Assembly (NCBI GenBank): GCA_030141605.1
Contig: JAQGDQ010000085.1
Location: forward strand, 496,001 to 560,000
Length of the DNA: 64,000 nucleotides
Direction of reading: 5' to 3'
DNA from: Tubiluchus corallicola
Taxonomy: Eukaryota > Animalia > Priapulida
The position numbers and the translations under genes were made by a program. Below are positions 1 to 14,098 of this stretch, one piece after another (the stretch's first letter is position 1; each line of letters begins with the position of its first letter). The notes under the pieces are model-generated. The model did no database searches and was not told where the DNA came from. It saw nothing but the letters and a program-made list of their open reading frames with translations.

Positions 1-724
1 GCTCTAGGTAGTTTGATGCCCTAGACAAAAGTATTTTAGCCTCTTCATTAACCTAAAGTGGTACATGTGTGTTAAGTTTATACGTTTGTTAAAGTGTACT
101 AATTAACTGTAGTTCAACTTGTGCTTGCCTGAATTTGAAATTGGATTTATGATCTTAATGCACTCTATATGTCTATATGCTTTTCTACCTTTTGTTTCGT
201 TTCCTGTCTTCCGTCTTGAAAACTTCAATTCTTATATAAGTTCATCTGCCCTGGTTAGATTAATGCTATTGTAAGAAATTTTTGTATTAACGTAAGGGTC
301 ATTCTGTAAAGCCCTTATATAGAAACTGCGAGCAAAAGCAGATTAACGCGTGGCAATGTCTGCGTGGCATAAAGTCAGAAATGATGTAATCTTACGAAAC
401 CAGATAAAACAAAAATAGAAAAGATTTGCTATGGGAAGACACTTGCTGGCATCATTTAATTAGTGTAGTCATATAAGGAATTACACATACACTATGCTGT
501 TACATATAAACTTAAATATTATAGAACTCCAGATTTTGGGGCCCCCAAAATTTTGCACCCTAGGCAGCTGCCTAGTTTGTCTAGTGGTAGAGCCCTGCCC
601 TGTACATGATACAATATTCACAAGAAAAAAGCAAAAGCAAAGATCGGGTTCACAAAATCTACAATAGGTACCCAATGTTATCAGAAGTTATTTTGAATTC
701 ATGTTTTTATAATTATAATTATAC

Positions 725-3700
725 CTCTTTTTTACCAAAGTCACCACCAGGATTCATTGTAGCCACAACTCTAAATCCATCGGCACCTATGATCTGCTCC
801 ACCTCCTTCTGCCCATCCTCTCCGCAGCCCTTTTCAGCCAGGAGAAGTTTTCTCTCCGGTTCCAAAACACTGTTGAGTCGCTCCAAAACAGAATCATCTG
901 CTAGCGAAATTTCATCCATCAGGAATAAAGCACCTTCCCTCATGGCACTGACCAAAGGTCCGTCGGCCCATTCGAATAACTTCTGGGAATCTTCCTAAAC
1001 ACATTTACGACCACTATTACTACACGATCACAGTCTTAAAAAAATGTTGCAAGTGGAACTTTAAAACAATAAGTGAAAAGCAAGAATGCATGAATAGAGA
1101 TCCAAATTTGCAAGCAAGACTGTGTTTATCACTTGACAGACAGACTTAATTCAGATCCCTTCCATACCAAAAACCAACATGCATGACCGTAGTTATCACC
1201 TGTATAACACTCGGTCCAGAGCGTGTGACTGACCTATGTGCAGGGTGCTCGGGACTAATTCTCACTTGACTGCGCCAAGCCCACTCCAGTTTACTCACAT
1301 AAGACTGAGCAGTTTCCTCTATTTTTCGCATGTTGGCTCCTATCGCTAAACCTTAATCTATCCCAGCTTTTTTAACTGCACCATTATCTAATCCCCTTCC
1401 TCAGATGTCATGCTGTAAGTTTCACGATTGTAGATATTATAGTTCTAGAGTTATCCAAGTATTCATTATCCGTTTGAGCTCTTATCTCAGGTCTTTAGAT
1501 AATCCACCTTTTTTAACCATACCATTCACTGATGTTCTACCCCAGGTGTTAACGAATTTGGTGACTCTAGTTATTGGTGGTTTTCAAGTTATTCGTTAGT
1601 ATTGTACGGTAGTTTTCAAATGACTCGGGTTACCAATGTCCTGTGCCCTTGACCTTTTGATTGAGGTCACTATTTAAAATATCACTGTCAAGGTTCCTAA
1701 TCTAGGTGTTCACCTTGCAACTTTCATCACTCTACTCCCTTGCATTTATGAATTAACATCATTGAAACTGGATGCCCTAACATACACAAGAACAACAATA
1801 ATAATAAATCAACCTATGGGTTCTCTTAGAACCATGATGCTTGTGAAAAATAAAAGCAGCTCACCTCAGCTCGATGTCTCACTGGCCGTAATCCTCCGAG
1901 AAAATCTGACGTTTCGGTGTGCAAATGACAGTTGACTGCGTAAAGTTTTCGATTAAAAACAGCTGCAAAATACTGGCAAATAGTTGTCTTGCCACACCTA
2001 GAAAAAACTTATCATTAAGTTATCATCAAACAATTTGTGCCAATTAAAAGCTATAAACTAACAGTTTTAATTACACCATACTCAGTAGTCGGTGACACTA
2101 TTGATAAATCATAAAATTCGATGCAATTTTATCCTGTAACTTTTAAACTTCCTAAAAATCATGTAACAGTGCTAAAGATTTACTAAAAACAAACCTATTG
2201 CTGCTATCTAATTGCCAAATTAAAAAACCATGCTATAACCACACTATCCTTCATGTTAAGAGTGTTTTTAAATTCTTTACCCTGTATCTCCAACTAAGAG
2301 AACTGGTTCTCCGTACTTTAGAGCTTGACCAATCAGAATGGCCATCCTACGCATACTGTGCGTCCACACAATATGTTGGAAACCGTCAGGAACTTCACAT
2401 TCCACACGCTGTAGTACTTGCCGAGCCACTTTACAGCTATCAGTACTGTTCGAAAACAAGCGCGCCAAATCTATTTTCTTACGAAAGTGCTTTTCAAGAA
2501 CAGTCTGTATAACGAGACACTCATCGGGCTTCCGTACTCGGCCTGCTAGTAACATATAACCTAAAAAAGTGTTCAAAAGTCTGTATTATAAAAAACTTCG
2601 TAAACTGAAAGAATTTAAATATGTAATAACAATTAGCTTTTTTAAAGTCTGATGGCCAGACTAATTTGGATTTATAACATTGGGTACCATTAAGACGAAA
2701 TACATAGAATCGCAGCAAGGAGCTGTAACTGGCAACCGCAGTTAAGAATGGTGCAAAGGCTGGGTAATTAACAATTAGGTGAACCAATTTGATTCTTTCT
2801 CTCTCTGGGCAGATTCATTCTGGCTGTTTACTTTGCAATTGGGGATGTATTCACACCCGAAAGTGTCTGTGCCACCTCTGCCTATTCAGCTAATCTTGAG
2901 GGAAAAACTTGATAATCATCAGCCAGGTTCTGGTTTTGCATGAATCTCCAATTGATTAGCTCTTCTACTGACACAGATCCCAGTTTCACAAAGCTGTCAC
3001 TAGTTTACCTACACAGCCACAAAGTGACGTCGTTACTATCAGTTTAGTGATTAACAACATTAACTTAGTGACAGTTAACAAAGTTGACCCTTGAATTACA
3101 GCTTACAGTGTGCCAAATCACATACAAAAAAGTAAATAATTTCTTGCAATGGTATTACCATCTTCAGCTATATGTTGATCCCAGTCGTAATATTTTTCTG
3201 TTTGCGGCTCGGATTTACCATAACGCTCTGCCCAGCGAAAGAGATCTCTAAGTGTCATATAACCTTGTTTTCCGGCAAACACACCCGTGCTTCTTCTAAG
3301 CATCTGTAAATTAGAAGTAATAAATTCTAGTTGCAGAAACTGCCTGCAGGTGATGTGAAAACATGTATTTTTAAAGAGCTAGAAAAGTTTAACTATCCAG
3401 TTAATGAATCAAATGACAGTTTATTTGCTAAAAAAGATGATAAAAATTATGAACCACCTCAAAGCCCTCGGATAAAAAACACAGGTGAAGTCTGATTACT
3501 GAACTGAACTATAAATGCATACAGAAAATTTAAATCATCATACTTAGTTGAAAGTTCCAAATGCAACTTTTGCAATATTTCCGTTGTCTGAATATTGAGC
3601 TACTTTTTAGCTAAACTAGCTAATTCAAACTTATTTACCATATTTGCAATTAGTTTAATGGTTAAGAAGCACAGCTACCTAACAGCAGAAACTATTATTA

Positions 3701-6700
3701 TAATCCACTTTAGTATCTTAAAAAATATATGCATTTAATCCACGCTTAATAAATCCCCATTTAGCGTCGTTTCATTCTTGTGACACTGAAAATGTGATAC
3801 CTTTTTCGTACTTAAAGGCGGATGCTCTATTTTAACGACAACTTTTTGCTTTGCTCAAAGCCATTTTTGTCTTAACAACAATTTTTTACCTAATTAGATG
3901 CCTTGAATTAATACATATTGTATTATTCTGTTCTAAATACGCACTAGTAACGTAAGACAGTAAAATTATTATTGGTTCCCTAAATATTAAAACTGATTTA
4001 TTTGCGATTTATATGCCTCCAAGTACCTGTGTGCAAACTTTATGCAACGTAATTTTGCCTCCAACCAATTGCTATGGCAACTGGTATTGTCCCAAGGTCA
4101 CCCCAGAGCTTGGCTTCTACTATTTGTGCCTCTAGAATGAATCTTAGTCTTTTTACATTGCTTTCTATGGAAATCTTGGGTTCGCTAATGATGTTTCACT
4201 TAACATCAGGTTTTGCTGCTTTACTGTCATTAAGCAAAGGCTTACAGCATTTTCAAATATACCTGAAGCTGCCTAAATCTGGACAATCACTTATCATAAA
4301 AACTGACGATGATACTACAAAATGCTGATTTTAGTGAAAGCTACAGGAGACGTGTATATGTGACTGAGACCAGTAGTATATATTCACTTTGGCCCTCTTT
4401 TATATTCATCACTGGGTTTTCTCTTCATATGAGCTCACTTTCAAAATCACTGTTTTCAAAGTGCGTTGCTCGTCTTCAGATGTTAACCGTTTTAGCAGTC
4501 AGATATCACATTTTTGCTTAATCTTTGTGCGACAGTTGAACTAGGGAGTACGTACATTATGAATTTTTTACCGTTTGAACATTATCTGCTGAAATTATCA
4601 TAATTTGCCTTCAGCAGCCAGTTTTGACATAGCGACTAGAGAGAATTCACTGAGCGTTCATTAATATAGAACAATGAATATGTGTAAATCATCATGGTTA
4701 CATGAACTGTGTTGCTATTATGAATCTTTTGTCACTGCAGTTATAAGACAAAGAATTAGAAACACGAGAAAAGAATCTTGACATCAACAAGCAGCACTTA
4801 CCCGTAATTCAAGCATCACAGACACCATCTTCCTGCAGTAACTCTGCGGCAGCTGACACCTCTCGTGGAGAATTACCTCCAACTCTTTGCTGGGTATCTC
4901 ATCAAAATGAAGTTCAACAAATCTGTTTTTAAATGCTCTAGAGAGAATCTTTCTTCCTGTAAAATGTACGTTCAGAAAATAAGACTGGCATAATTTGGAA
5001 AACTATGAATATCCTTAAAGGAAAACAGAGTGATTGTTCACATTCTACCGTGCTATGAAGTACGGCAAAATGTACACATTTTAACATCTAATAATATCAA
5101 AGTGTTTCTGATAAGTAAATAATAGATTAAAACCTTAATTATTGGTGGGCAAAGCCAAATTGTCACAAGTGAACATAATTTTCAACAGCACAAACATTCC
5201 ATGAGCACATTTTTGAAAAACAGAAACTATAGTATACTGCTACCGTGCAACATTTAGTGTGACACACAAATAGTCGGCAAATCTTAAGCATAAAATTAAA
5301 ATTTCACGTTTACCGCTCTGCTAACGCATGAGCTCTCGAATGTGTGCACTACGGTCACAAACGAACACCTCTGAACTGAGAGGTACAGCATCTGTTTTTT
5401 GTGTAACGTGTTTACGAAATGCAGGTAACAGCGAAGAACTAGTTGCGCAAATGCAAAATCATGTTTCAGTGGTAAAACTTCTTTCACGTAAATCATTCTT
5501 GAAAAAATAGTACGTTCCCTTCCAATATTTTATAGATTAGATTATTTTGAGTTATAAAGATTGGGTTTGATTTCCCTGCAAAGGGAAAATTAAGGGAATA
5601 AAACTCTTGAAAAAAATTTTATTACTGTCAACTTCAGCAAATTTATATTAATGTTTCCACAATTCTAGTTAAACAAGTCATTGTTTAGTTATACATTTAT
5701 TTAGTTTATTTGCGTCCATATGAAAACTTTCATGCAGACTTAGTTTATATACTAATTAAAGAATATTAGCTAATAATTAGGAAATAACAGTTTATGTATG
5801 CTGCTTATATTGCCAATTTCGATCGCTGTGAAAAGCCAGCATACCTAACAGGCACCATATGTATTTATATGCAAAAAAGTATTCTACATGCAGCTAGGCT
5901 TCATAGGCAAATAGCCCATTGAAACAGGACAATATCTAATGAAACAGAAAACCCAAATACTCATTGTCTGAATGTTAACTACAAAAGTGCTACATACCAC
6001 CATACAGTCCAGGAGGATTCTGGGTAGCAAATAACATGAACTGTGGATGAGCCGCTACAGTCTCTTGGGTTTCAGAAATGTACAGCTCTCTATTATCATC
6101 CAGTACTCTATTCAAAGCTTCCAGAACATCTGTTGGAGCCAAATTTAATTCGTCTAGAATAATCCAATATCCCTTCCTCATGGCATCAACTAGCACACCT
6201 GTATAACCAGAAATGTCATAACTTACTGAAACCCGCTAAAGGTACCCTTCAATAATACAGTTAAACCACTAAATATGGAGCTATTTCGGGGTTAGCAGTA
6301 AAGCAATGTGACAGCCAAGCTACTGTGCAACATAATTTTTTTTCGCACTTGATTTTAATGTGTGATAAATAGTAGAGTATTATTATACCTACAACAATAC
6401 AAGTGTTATACTGCACATTTTTACTGCATTAACAATGCAGGTGTAGTTCTACAGCAGCACCTTGCAAATCTTTTCATAACACAATGTGTAGACGACATAA
6501 TCTTATGAAATACACTGGTAATTAGGCAACTCCTGATAAGAGAAATAAGCACCCATGTGGCCCATATGCTTCGAACGTAACAATACTGGATAATTAAGAC
6601 TTAAATAGCTGCTGCGCAATTTTTTTTTTACAAAATCAATGGCTGTTTTTTGGCAGCAATTCACTGTGCTTTAGTTGGCTGGCATTATAATGGGGTAGAT

Positions 6701-9700
6701 TTATTATGTAACATATACTTCTGACACAGCAGATACGTTGGCAGATGGTGAAATATAAACATTATGAAAATTTAGACAAGCCAAAAGTTGGCATTATAGC
6801 AAAAATTGGGCGCTATAACGAAGTTCGACTGTAATAATCTTCATTAAAGTCAGCTTTAAACTCAACAGAAACACAAGCCTGCTACTAGGCTTTTATCAAG
6901 CAATAACCTAAATAACTGAGATTATAGTCACGAGAAAGTTTTGATCAGAAAGGAAAGTTTTCTACAGTGCATGACTATGTAGCACTGCAATCAAAGATAT
7001 ATATTTGACATTTTCATATTTATTTATTTAATTTAACCATAAAAAATAACAAGTAGTTTTATCAAGGCGGTCAAAGCGGGTTAACAAGCTTTGGCTTCTG
7101 AATTCACTCCATCCCAAGTAATGATGTTGATGTACTTTTGTACTGATTTCATTACGTATATTGCTAGAGATGGATAGAATAAACTAGTATACAAAGATAT
7201 AACACAAGTTGGCAAGTGTGACTTGTTCAAGGTGAAAGACCATCGCATCGCGTACATGATAATGCAGTAAGCATAATGCTAAACAACTGCATGATGCATA
7301 AAGCACATAGTGTCAAATAAGAACAGAAACACTAATTTAAAAATGTAAAATAAATAATATTAGCTAAGACTTTGTGCTTCTTTACTTCTTTGAAAACCAA
7401 AGAATACCTTCTTTGAACACCAGTTTTCCGGATTCATCCGCTGCATACGAGCCAACGTATTCTTGCAAGTCCGTATGCTCGTGATTATTGACTCTGACGC
7501 ACATATTACCTTGAAATGCAACAAACATGCTACTTTTAAATTCAATGATAAGTCTCTTGGAACACGTTTTTTAAACTACAAACCTCATAAGACATAAAAT
7601 GTAGCGCAAATGTAAAAAGGACATTGTTTATATCGCATTGTTCAAACTTTCACTGTGCAGCTATATTGTACAAATTTGTATTGTATCATATTGTACCTGA
7701 AATAACTTGCAGATGCCTTTGCTGTATTCTATTTTTATGTGATTATTGTTTGCAAACTTATTATACTGAATGTTCACACTATAATTCAAAAATGTGTTTA
7801 TTCACTTAAAGACAGACTATCTAAAAGTTGTAATACTTTGGTTTTGAGCATATGGAACAGTGAATGCAGGTATCAATCAAAACTTCACTAGCACTGGTTG
7901 AAAATTCTATATGTATCAAACAAGATAATGTTACTTTTACTATAACTTTTATGCTAAATGTCAGCATGGCATACACTGAATGTAATAGAAAACTGATAAA
8001 TATATTCTTACATTATAGAAATTAGGGAATTCATTATCATATTTCAATTAAACATGTCACAACACTAAAGTACAGTATGTTTTCACCAAGTGCATAAAGC
8101 AAAAAGATGAAACATTCACTTGCATACCTGTTGCCTTTGCAAGCCACTGAACAAGACTAGTTTTTCCAACACTGGTTTCACCTTGCAGCAATACAGGAAA
8201 TCTTCCAGCTGATACTATTCGAGCAAGATCTCTCAAGTTGTCTCGCACAGAAGGGGTTAGCACATATTCTAGAAACAAAAAGTTAAGAATCAAATCTATA
8301 GTACCAGCAATGAGCACTAAGGGTGGGCATCAAATGGTTGAATTTGAACATTTGAATCGAATATAGTTTTTTTAATTCAAATTTTATTCAAACCTAAAAT
8401 TACAGATTTGAATAATTCAATATTTCAACTACGTATGTTCTTTATCATTAAAACGTTTGAAAAATCATGCGATCAGCACAATTTAGCTGCGATTTCTGTA
8501 CACAACTTCTAAACAAATTATTAGTGTTTAAACAGGACAATATCTAATGAAACAGAAAACCCAAATACTCATTGCCTGAATGTTAACTACAAAAGATATT
8601 TATTACTGCAGAATCAAGTAATATGCATGATCTTCGTGAGTCAGCATTTTGTTAGCGAGCTGAAAATTTATTGGAAAATCTTTAAAATCGAACTCGAATT
8701 CCATTCCGACTCGAAAATGCTGAAATTTGGTTTGATTTGAGTCTAAAAGTCAAAAATTCGATTCAATTTGAATTCATTTTCTGGTAGAAAATACTGATCC
8801 TGAATGAGTGCACAAATAGGGAATTAAAAACAATACGTTAATTAAATATTGTTCTTGAACTAGAAGAAAATCAACCATTATAAGCATGAATTGCAAGATA
8901 TTCAACTGCAAATTAAATAAAAACACTTCTGTTTGACAAAGAAAAATATCGCCGAAAAAGTCAAAAGCGAAAATAAAATAAACGTGTATAAATTATTCAT
9001 TAGTAATTTAGATATTGCAATGATTCTTCAAAATTGGAGAACAGAATTGGATAAATTTGATCCAATAACGACAAGGACAAACAGAAACTAAAAAACAAAA
9101 CACTAGTATAAATAACACGAATAAATATTACCGTTATCAATCAGTGGTTTTTCAGTTCCATGCATTATCCAGTAACCCTCAAAGTTAATGTGTCTATCAC
9201 CTGCTGGCTGTGGTAAAGCTTGTGCAATAAAACCTTTCAAGTTCGACTTTCCAACTACATATTGACCAATCAACTGCTGGACAACGGGATGTGAGGAGCG
9301 GTCAAGTTGAGTGAGGAAGCTTAAACAGAATGCCTGGAAAAAATAAATATCGTGAAAACAAAATGAAGGCACCACCACGGCGTAATTACACTACTAAAAA
9401 TGTAAAAATGATTAATTGACATTTATCTATACTTAGATACTTAGTTAATGTAAGTAACATGCCAGCAAAATGATTAAACAGATATAATGGCATCACATTT
9501 TGCTGTGCAACACATAAAAATAATTTACCACTTTAAAGATTAAGTCGACGGGAAAAGTTTGTTTATTCTAGATAAAGACCACATGAAAAATATTCGTTAA
9601 AAAATAGTTGTGACTAATCAGTTTCACTGGACTGAAAATTTGTTTCGTCTTGTTCTTTATTACAAAGTGAAAGTTACCTCATAGAGAGATCTTGATGTAC

Positions 9701-12700
9701 TCTGGCAGGTATTTAATGATGCCTGCTGCAGTGCTCTACACAATGTTCTCAAACTAAAATATATCAAACAACAGAGGATTAAACGCTGCAAGCTATAAAA
9801 AACTGGATATTTTAACACAAGTTGTTATAGGTTGAAGTTAAAAGCCAAGTCTAGGTCGACTTGTGATGTGAAGCAACTCGCCTCAACCGACGGAAAACAT
9901 TCGACTGTAACTAATTTTCAGCAACTGCATGCAATTAGGAAGATACAAGTTTCCGCAAGTCGCAACACTACTCAGGTCAACATAACTGAGGGTACAAGAA
10001 TGAAAAGAACCTTTGACCAGACCACAATCATCATCGAACAATGCTCAGGTTAATACTTGGTGGATACCGTATGCCACGAGTAGAGCACGAGCAACTCGCT
10101 GGAACTGAGTTGCATTGTAAACTTGCTATGTCGACTGAATATACTCGGAACTAGCATACCATATGCCTTCCAGTTGCCGAGTCTTCAGTTGCTCTCAGCT
10201 AAGTTGCATTGCAAGATCGACCTCAGCTGGCCTTAAAGCCAAAAGCAATGACTTTATCACTTTACGATGTGCACTTTATGCGTAACTGAAGTGAATCTGA
10301 GGTGTAATTTGGTGCAGAAACATACAAATAGGCATACCACTGATAATCAGAACATAAAAGTAGGAATGCTTATAAAAAGTACAATATTTATGTTTACAAT
10401 GCAGCAATATAGCAGTCCTGCACCACAAGAACATATTATACACTTAAAAACAAAAGGCATGATACATAGTAGATGAAATTAAATTAAAAAAATCAATTAT
10501 TAAACTGATTAGGAGTTTAGTCAAATGAATTAATAATAGTAATTAATATTATTAAAATTTGTTATTATATAAGTATTCATAAACCTATAATGTGGTCTAT
10601 GACCAGTTCCATCAGTTAAAGTGTCCCTTCCTTCTTGTTGAATACGCAGGTAAAAATTTACGATTCCGTCGACTTGTGCAGCTGATAACGATAGTCCTTT
10701 CAAATAACTGTTGACTAGAATTTTTAAATCTGAGACGTCTTGCAATTCATGTACAAACAGTTCTGTAAACCTGAAACAATTTAGGAAATCTTACATATTG
10801 CATGAAAAGCTGTAAAAAACCACAAAGTAGCAGGTTTTAACTGTATTTCTTCTTTCTCACTTTGTCACTATACTAAATTCGTTTAATTTTCCACAAATTT
10901 GGTACAGTGAACAATATCAACTTGCTTTAAAGTATCACATGTTTCTTGTTTTTAAGCATGCAATAAATAAGTTGCAGCAGTTTTTTTACAAACCTATTTC
11001 TAACACCAGCTGGTAGATCTTTTTTGCCTACATCAGTTGCTGGGTTCATACAAGCAAATAACCTGAAATCCTCATGCCGTTTTATTGGCTTAGTATCGCT
11101 GTAGAAAAAACAACAAATTAGATAAGAATTAGTGAAAAGCTTTTTACTACCATAGTTTTGTTTGCAAGACATTTGGGAAAAAATGTGACACAATTATTCC
11201 ATTCAAACAGTACAAAACTATAGTATGAATGCACTGAATAGCATTCTGATGAGAGTAAGTTTATCCATTATCTGATCACCGAGTTTAGCACATTATAAAA
11301 ATTACAAAAACAGAATACAGGAAATTTCTTCCCTTAATTCAGTGACAAAAAACAAGTTATTCTGGCAACAAAAGTTATTTTTGGTAATGGTGTAAAAATC
11401 TGTCTGAATAAACCATAACAGTGGACCAACTTGTCCTAAATACAATAAAAATTTCTGTAACGGAAATAGGAATAAGAAAAACAGCAGTATAGGGAAAGTA
11501 AAAACTCAATGCTCACCCTCTTTCTAATAACACAATAGACCCAGTTGTGCTCTCCAAAAGGCCACTCAGACATTCTAAGGTTTCTGCTGTTGCCAAGTTG
11601 ATTTCATCCAGTAAAATCCATTCACCATTTTTAATAGCTTTTACCAACGTTCCCTTGAAAAACATATTATACGTTAAACATAATATTAGATATAATATTT
11701 TTTCAAAACGAAAGCAATCAGTATATTAAACGGAGTGAAAACAACATTTCTGCTATGATAAAAAAAATTTACCAAAAAATGTTTTTAACAACACACATAT
11801 AACTAAATGTTGGTTAATATATTAACACACTTACTTTGTTAAAATACTTATAACATTTGCAATGGTGCAGTTTTACATTACATTATCTAATAATAATCAT
11901 CCGTATATGATTCAAGATAACAGTATCATCATCATCAGGCCAGCCACAAAAGAAATCGTTTCTGTCTTACCTCATGAGCTCAAAAGCTGAATAGCGGAAA
12001 ATTTAAAATCAGTTGAAATCAAAGTCTGTTTTGGTTAGCAGTAATGTTTTAAATTTTTTCAATCCACATTTTTCCACACTTTGTTTTTTAGTTTATTGTT
12101 TAGCATTACTAAATTATTGTACAATTATCGATTATCGTATAGTCTCTTTTTGTACAGTATAGACTTATGTTCTAATAATTATAGTACAAGCGGCAACACT
12201 ACTCGTCTGCCACTACTGATTTGGCAGAAAATACAATATTGTTTAGCCTCCAATGCAATAATCAGCATCATACAAAACGGCAACCCTATCTGAGAGTTAG
12301 CTAGAAAAATATAGCTGCATCCTCGCCTCAGTAATGTTTTAAAATAAAAAATACAGTTTTATATGATTCCACTAGATAAGTATATGAACGTACTAAAAAT
12401 ATAAAAAATACACAGCCGGGTGTGCGAAAAAAAAAAATTACCCGGGCGATTAGAAGGAAACAGAGGTATTTTTACTGTGAACCTCAATATCATTTTTTTG
12501 CCTCACGTCATCATGATAACTGAATATAATTATAAAATCCACACACTTCAACGAAAGAGAAGACGAGCGCATTTTCCACTTGCGACACTTGCTTTTTCAG
12601 CTTGTCAATGTGCATACTGAGACTCTCCCACATGGTCAGCAAATTTTTCTCTTTAGCCGATTGCTCCTTGTGTTGATACCGCTTTAATGCTGACTTATGA

Positions 12701-14037
12701 GTATGTCTCATAAGCTTGAATAGGTCTGACCACCTTCTTTTGTGAAAACATTCCTGTAGAGATAAAAAATTTAACTGCACATAACTGGGGAAGAAAGAAC
12801 AATCAAAATTATTTCATAAACGTGTATGTTACCATGTTATCTTATAAACAACATTTCTCAGACCATTGTATATTTCATTGCGTATTGGCACTTCATCAAA
12901 CAGATTACAACAAAGTACATACAATTACTGTGAAAGAAACTTGTTATGCATATTATCTTTGTGACTCTCAGCAATGAAGGAACAGCAATGAACAGAACAT
13001 TTCTAATGCAACAATGTTAAAAGCAACTACAGATCGCAAAAGTGCAGAGAGCTACCCATAATCTCAGTATAAACAATGTACGTTTTTCTGTAATTTTACT
13101 GAAGTACTATCAAGGGACAGTAACTTTACTTCCCAATGTGCAGTAGGATTTTTGTTACTTTCTATGGTTACTGTTCTTAGTGTTTCAAACGACACTACTA
13201 ATGTTGGTTAACTGAAGCTCTACCTGTACGTGTCCCAAGAATTTTATATTCTTTTTTCGAGAAAAACACTTGCAGAAAAGAGTCTCAAATTCACTTTTCA
13301 ATGGAGCCACTAGGTGTCGCAGATCAACTGGCTTGAATCCACCAAGCAAGTCGGCGCTGTCTGACTGCTGATTCATGTTAACGACATTTAATTTATGTCC
13401 CGTCTGCCAAGCTAAATACTGAATGCATGACGTCTTCCCAGTTCCTGTCTCTCCAACTAGCAGGACCGGTTCCTGGTTGTCGACAGCAACGGCGATGCTC
13501 TCTAAAGTTGCTGCTGCTTGTCTTGTGAAGGCAAAGCTTATAAGTGACGACCTGTCAAATAAGACAGACAATTAACAGGTATTTCTAACCATGTTTTTTA
13601 AAAGAATGGTAATAATGTACCATCAAGTCTCAAAAATGACTTTTACTAATGTAAGTCACTTTAAAATTTGTTTTCTACAATAAACAGCAAAAAATTGTTT
13701 AATAGCCAGAAGATTACGAGAGAACTAACAAAACGTAAACTGCTTCAAATTACTTTAATGCAAATATAATGTTAACTTGATTGCAAATTAAACTGAAAAA
13801 AACAAAAATGTAACAACTTAATAAGCACAACTGACGAAATAAAAAATACTTCATACTTAGACACTGATGCATAGTCCGCAATTTTCCTGCGTAGTTTTGC
13901 CCGACCGACCGTAATATAGTCATCATTCACAATGACTGATGGCTTGTACTTGTTGCAAAAAAACTCAGCCTGCAATTTAGAAAAACTCTTGTGTTATATT
14001 GCACATCATCAGACACTTACAGCTAAACAAACATACA

Positions 14038-14098
<61 letters not shown>

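Noticed and set aside
606-998. 130-aa plus-strand ORF (and similar ORFs at 2198, 16047, 47393, 50173, 51108)
   Set aside because: Antisense shadows of MDN1/CHERP exons.
2700-3020. Possible degenerate SINE in an MDN1 intron (also 49150-49290, 58560-58730, 32800-33060)
   Set aside because: Only weak A/B-box remnants; boundaries and family cannot be supported from this window.
4608-4700. Intronic C/D-box snoRNA candidate (ATGATGA...CTGA, sense to MDN1); similar case near 57825-57912
   Set aside because: Weak terminal stems and no recognisable rRNA-complementary guide; box motifs are expected by chance in AT-rich introns.
11950-11985. Hammerhead-like core on the minus strand (CTCATGAG...GAAAC)
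   Set aside because: The catalytic CUGAUGA box is mutated and stems I-III cannot be formed convincingly.
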